Notes under the pieces: model-generated
Database searches by the model: none
What the model saw: the letters and a program-made list of their open reading frames with translations, nothing else
Told to the model about the DNA's origin: nothing
Made by a program: the position numbers and the translations under genes
Shown here: piece after piece, positions 35,119-38,835 of the stretch
How positions within the stretch are numbered: position 1 is the first letter of the stretch
Layout: each line of letters starts with the position of its first letter
Origin: Candidatus Berkelbacteria bacterium CG06_land_8_20_14_3_00_43_10
GTDB lineage: Bacteria; Patescibacteriota; UBA1384; GWA2-35-9; CG2-30-43-20
Length of the DNA: 38,835 bases
Direction of reading: 5' to 3'
Assembly (NCBI GenBank): GCA_002780235.1
Contig: PEVO01000025.1
Span: 305 to 39,139 of the forward strand

Positions 35119-35336
35119 CGCGAGGGCTTTAGCCCGTGGCGATCTATTGTATTGATAAATTTACGACTTACGCACTTTAATCGTCATTCTCGAGCCGAAA
35201 GTGGAGCGCTTCGACATCGGGAATCCAAACTATCTAGATTCCGCATCATGTGCAGAATAACAGAAAAGAATATTTTGCGTAAGTCGTAAGATTGCTTCGA
35301 TTCGCTCGCAATGACGGGGTGGGCTCGGCAATGACA
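35113..35336. repeat. nested cluster of palindromic repeats
   Basis: outer GTCATCGCGAG / CTCGCAATGAC; 14-bp perfect IR TTACGACTTACGCA (35161) / TGCGTAAGTCGTAA (35276); inner GTCATT-type element. Confidence 0.8.
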
Positions 35337-35423
35337 ATATTTTTACGCTTACAATGACGCTAAAGCGATGCAAAGTTGCTTAACCCTTTATCGCGTGACT
35401 TTATTCTATCCGATTTCAGGGAT

Positions 35424-35456
35424 AAAAAAAAGACCGCCCATGAGACATTGGGCGGC
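35424..35456 (-). terminator. intrinsic terminator
   Basis: CCGCCCA...TGGGCGG stem with a U-run on the minus strand. Confidence 0.75.
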
Positions 35457-35487
35457 TTGACAATACAATAATTAGATTAGATGGATG

Positions 35488-35739
35488 TTATAAGCTCTCC
35501 TGCTGTTGGAAGAAGTATATTCCTTCGAAATCGAAGGACAGGATTCTCCGTTCGATACGAAGATCGCGAACTTTGTTTCCGCATTCGAGCGGAAAAGTCA
35601 TATCAATTCCCGACTCGATCCACTCATGGATCTGCTGGGACAAATCCTCGGGAATTGAGATACTACCAATTTCCTTGTCTTTATCAAAAAATGCTACGAG
35701 GCAGGAATCGTCCATCTCAAACATTTGGTAGTAGTTCAT
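35488..35739 (-). CDS. small acidic hypothetical protein
   Basis: AAGGAG SD; last gene of a tight four-gene run. Confidence 0.65.
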   Translation of the reverse strand: MNYYQMFEMDDSCLVAFFDKDKEIGSISIPEDLSQQIHEWIESGIDMTFPLECGNKVRDLRIERRILSFDFEGIYFFQQQESL

Positions 35740-35774
35740 CGTTTCATCTCCTTATTTCTCCACCAATCTACGAC

Positions 35775-35972
35775 CTACTTGACCATCTCTTCCGGCAAGA
35801 AAGCCAGAGAGAATCCTTGTTTGCTGACCGTGACGTTGCCGTCTTTGTCTTTGTCCAGACGAAAACCGCAACCCAAGACAGCTCTTCCTTCCCCCGCAGA
35901 CGAGGAAAGTAAGTTCATAAAACTGCACGAATAATAGCCCAGTGACCCGTCATCATCAACTTTCATCGGCAT
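35775..35972 (-). CDS. small hypothetical protein
   Basis: AAGGAGG SD upstream of ATG 35972. Confidence 0.55.
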   Translation of the reverse strand: MPMKVDDDGSLGYYSCSFMNLLSSSAGEGRAVLGCGFRLDKDKDGNVTVSKQGFSLAFLPEEMVK

Positions 35973-36165
35973 TGGTATTTGTTTCCTCCTTGGAATTAAC
36001 TGTATTTCCAGCCCTTGGACCTCTATATTCGTCGTCCCAAGCCCGAGGTTTGTCTTTTGTAAATGCTCCACACTCGGTGCATATGGCAAATTTTGCCATA
36101 GGTGAGCGTGCCAAAATTGCTTTCATCTCTTTTTTGCATATCCGGCACTTAGCATATCTGTTCAT
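35956..36165 (-). CDS. small zinc-ribbon protein
   Basis: CRIC...CTEC; AAGGAGG SD. Confidence 0.7.
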   Translation of the reverse strand: MNRYAKCRICKKEMKAILARSPMAKFAICTECGAFTKDKPRAWDDEYRGPRAGNTVNSKEETNTNADES

Positions 36166-36180
36166 GGTACCTCCTTGGAT

Positions 36181-36444
36181 TCAGTTTCGGTGTCTCTCGA
36201 TAAGTTCCTTGGTGGTGATACCAATCATCGATACATCGCCGCCAGGGACCTCGAGGAAAAGGATACCATCATCATGCTCATTAACACAGGTATGGCAGAT
36301 GCGTGTTTTGAGTATCCTCCCGTGTGAATCAAGAACGACTGGTGCGACAACGGTATTGGTGATATCTTTAGTTTCCGTGCAATAGTTACATGGGTAAACC
36401 GATGAAGTTGGTTGTTGGTAAGCAACCCGAATTCCCTTAAACAT
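36181..36444 (-). CDS. small zinc-binding hypothetical protein
   Basis: CNYC...CHTC; AAGGA SD. Confidence 0.65.
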   Translation of the reverse strand: MFKGIRVAYQQPTSSVYPCNYCTETKDITNTVVAPVVLDSHGRILKTRICHTCVNEHDDGILFLEVPGGDVSMIGITTKELIERHRN

Positions 36445-36549
36445 TCGTTTTTTTCCTTGTTAATAATTGCTTCCTCTGGATATTTGGGTTACAATGCCGC
36501 AGATAGACTGAAATAATGATGTTACAGCAAAATTGATAATAAATCACCC

Positions 36550-38052
36550 ATGAAACAAAAAAACTTGCGAATTCTAGCAATTGAGTCAAGTTGCGACGAA
36601 ACTTCGGCGGCAATTATTGAGGGTTCGGATTCTCCGGTTATTAAGTCGAATATCATAGCCAGTCAGATTGATTTGCACAAAATCACCGGCGGGGTGGTGC
36701 CGGAGGTTGCGGCGCGGGCGCACTGCGAAGCGATTATTCCGGTTATCGAGCAATCTCTCGCTCCGCTCGAAATAGAGCTCTTTGGTAAAAAGTCAGACCA
36801 GACGATCCGCAACGTTCTGCCCTACATTGATGCTATCGCCGTAACTGTTGGTCCGGGTTTGGTCGGGTCGCTTTTGGTGGGCGTGGAAACCGCCAAAGCC
36901 CTGGCGTTTGCTGGCGGGAAGCCGCTAATACCAGTGAATCACCTTGAAGGACATATTTTTGCTGCGATGCAGCAAGTATTAAACTCTAAACCCGAAGCTC
37001 TCCTTCGACAAGCTCAGGATGGTGAGCAAAGTCGAACCATAAACTCTAAGCAAACTTCAAACCTCAAAGTACAAAATTCAAAACAGTTTGAAAAATTGGA
37101 TATTTCGAAATTAAATATTGTTTCGAATTTAGAGTTTAGAATTTCGAATTTGTTACCAGCAATTGCATTGCTGGTAAGTGGCGGTCACACAGAACTCGTG
37201 CTTATCAAAGATATGTTTGATTACGAGATTATCGGGCAGACACTCGATGATGCGGCAGGCGAGGCGTTTGATAAAGTAGCAAGTTTGCTGGGGCTGGAAT
37301 ACCCGGGCGGACCGGCTATATCCGCGCTTGCGGAAGAATTTGTGAAAAACTCTAAATCCCAAACTCCCCGCCTGCCATCGACTTGGCATGTCGGGCAGGT
37401 AAACTCTAAACAAATTAAAAGTTTAAAACTTCAAACTTCAAACTTGGAACTTGCTTCGAATTTAGAATTTAGAACTTCGAGTTTTAAGTTGCCTCGACCA
37501 ATGCTAAAAAGTGGTGACCTCAATTTTTCCTTTTCCGGACTTAAAACAGCTGTAGTGAATTTGGTTAAGCAGTTAGAAAGTAATCGAGACGGGATCTCCT
37601 CGCAAACCCACCTCGGAGGTGGAGGAGCGAAGCGGGATCTCCTCCGAGGTGAAAAACAAGCTATCGCCTATGAATTTCAAGAAGCGGTAGCGGAAGTTCT
37701 CGTCGAAAAATCCTATCAGGCATATCAAAAACTATCAACTATGAACTATAAACTTTCAACTATTCTCTTAACCGGCGGAGTGAGTGCCAACAAACGCTTG
37801 CGGCAGTCGTTTAAAGAACGATTTGGTGACAAACTGCTCATCTCGCCGGTAGAGCTCTGTGGTGATAATGCGGGGATGATAGGACTTGCTGCTTTTTATA
37901 GATATAAAAAGCAAATTATAAATAACAAATCCCAAATTTCAAATAAATTTCAAATTCAAAACTCTAAACCCATTCTAAAATCTATAATCTATAATCTAAA
38001 ATCTGCCTTCCCGTGGAAGGCTGTCGATGTTGATCCGAATTTAGAATTATAA
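36550..38052 (+). CDS. tsaD: tRNA N6-adenosine threonylcarbamoyltransferase with in-frame repeat insertions
   Basis: IESSCDETS, GGVVPEVAARAH, VNHLEGH, VSGGHT, DDAAGEAFDK, FSFSGLKT, GGVSAN, DNAGMI. Confidence 0.96.
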   Translation: MKQKNLRILAIESSCDETSAAIIEGSDSPVIKSNIIASQIDLHKITGGVVPEVAARAHCEAIIPVIEQSLAPLEIELFGKKSDQTIRNVLPYIDAIAVTVGPGLVGSLLVGVETAKALAFAGGKPLIPVNHLEGHIFAAMQQVLNSKPEALLRQAQDGEQSRTINSKQTSNLKVQNSKQFEKLDISKLNIVSNLEFRISNLLPAIALLVSGGHTELVLIKDMFDYEIIGQTLDDAAGEAFDKVASLLGLEYPGGPAISALAEEFVKNSKSQTPRLPSTWHVGQVNSKQIKSLKLQTSNLELASNLEFRTSSFKLPRPMLKSGDLNFSFSGLKTAVVNLVKQLESNRDGISSQTHLGGGGAKRDLLRGEKQAIAYEFQEAVAEVLVEKSYQAYQKLSTMNYKLSTILLTGGVSANKRLRQSFKERFGDKLLISPVELCGDNAGMIGLAAFYRYKKQIINNKSQISNKFQIQNSKPILKSIIYNLKSAFPWKAVDVDPNLEL

Positions 38053-38064
38053 AGTTAGGGAACG

Positions 38065-38442
38065 TTACCTGATTGAGATAACTTCGATCGGCAGCTTGAG
38101 TTTTTCCCAGCTACTGTCGGCGGTAAGAATGGGGCATTTTTTACTGATAGCGGTTGCCAAACAGATGCGATCGCCGAGGGATAGGAACATATTTTTGGGA
38201 TGAGTGATTTCTGCTGCGATAAGAGCAATTTCTTTAGAGCAGTCAATCACTTCTAACTTTAAGCTTGATAGTTGAGAGGTAATTTCATCTCCGGGAAAAT
38301 GGTAAAACTTAAATATTATAAGCGTTTCAGCAAGATTTACGCAACTGATGCCGGTCGACTGCTTAAGAAGTCCACCTACCACGGTATCACCTTTTTCGAA
38401 CTTAAAGTATGCGATGAGTGCCGAGGAATCGAGTACAATCAT
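38065..38442 (-). CDS. PIN domain toxin (VapC-like)
   Basis: VLDSSALIA, VNLAE, LSLGDRICLA, LTAD. Confidence 0.92.
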   Translation of the reverse strand: MIVLDSSALIAYFKFEKGDTVVGGLLKQSTGISCVNLAETLIIFKFYHFPGDEITSQLSSLKLEVIDCSKEIALIAAEITHPKNMFLSLGDRICLATAISKKCPILTADSSWEKLKLPIEVISIR

Positions 38443-38726
38443 ACATAACCTTCCCTTATTGCTTCTTTCTTGCGATCTTCTATTAGTTCCTCGGAAAGCA
38501 TTTTTTCTCCTGGCTTCCAGCGATATTTACTATTTTTTTTTCTAAGATTTTCCCAAGCTTTGAGTTTTTCTTTTTGTTCATCAGCCAGCACAAGCTGATC
38601 ATTTTTGATAAAGATAACAAATCTAACACCCGGTTCTATATTGAGTCGTTTGCGTATCAATGCCGGTATCATCACCCTTCCATTGGGTTCCATTTTTGTT
38701 GTGGCAGATAATGTATGTTTTGTCAT
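38439..38726 (-). CDS. AbrB/MazE-family antitoxin
   Basis: NGRVMIPALIRKRLNI; start at ATG 38726 just below the promoter. Confidence 0.9.
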   Translation of the reverse strand: MTKHTLSATTKMEPNGRVMIPALIRKRLNIEPGVRFVIFIKNDQLVLADEQKEKLKAWENLRKKNSKYRWKPGEKMLSEELIEDRKKEAIREGYV

Positions 38727-38732
38727 ATTTAT

Positions 38733-38762
38733 AGTATATGACAGAAATATATAATCTGTCAA
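38733..38762 (-). promoter_or_regulatory. promoter with a palindromic operator
   Basis: TTGACA-18-TATACT; TGACAGA-N9-TCTGTCA. Confidence 0.7.
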
Positions 38763-38835
38763 TGGGTACGACTTAGATAACGAAATATCTTACCGTAGCA
38801 TCCTTCGTTAGCTCATTAATAATCTTACCTAAATA

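Noticed and set aside
36965..37490. TsaD inserts as inteins or self-splicing introns
   Set aside because: They are too short, lack intein terminal residues and group I/II core features, and match dispersed DNA repeats instead.
879..38545. Numerous short ORFs overlapping identified genes on the opposite strand or in other frames
   Set aside because: They have no recognisable motifs or initiation signals and are treated as shadow ORFs.

Overview
This 38.8 kb window of bacterial chromosome uses genetic code 11. Gene content and style suggest a CPR/Patescibacteria genome (inference). The housekeeping backbone is rnj, a DHH phosphoesterase, rpsT, lepB, holA, a stand-alone 5'-3' exonuclease, dnaB, dnaX, pnp, rpsO, murE, a FemABX-type transferase and tsaD. 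It is interrupted by an accessory island at about 13.2-25.7 kb. The core of the island is a four-unit tandem array. Each unit reads: TrmB-like regulator on the minus strand, back-to-back sigma70 promoters, a conserved SD-sequestering leader hairpin, a variable membrane protein, a terminator, then a variable toxin module. The toxin slot holds PIN/AbrB pairs in three units. In the fourth it holds an inactivated NYN RNase with a predicted antisense small RNA. One unit has collapsed by internal deletion. A second theme is pervasive 7-9 nt tandem repeats and REP-like palindromes. They sit at gene junctions and are also inserted in frame into conserved genes (five in tsaD, others in dnaX, the exonuclease, murE and the Fem transferase). 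Also present: an AbiE-type TA pair, an ABC transporter pseudogene, a tandem pair of transglycosylase/M15-peptidase-like genes and a small phage-like operon. No rRNA, tRNA, CRISPR array, integrase or transposase was recognised.
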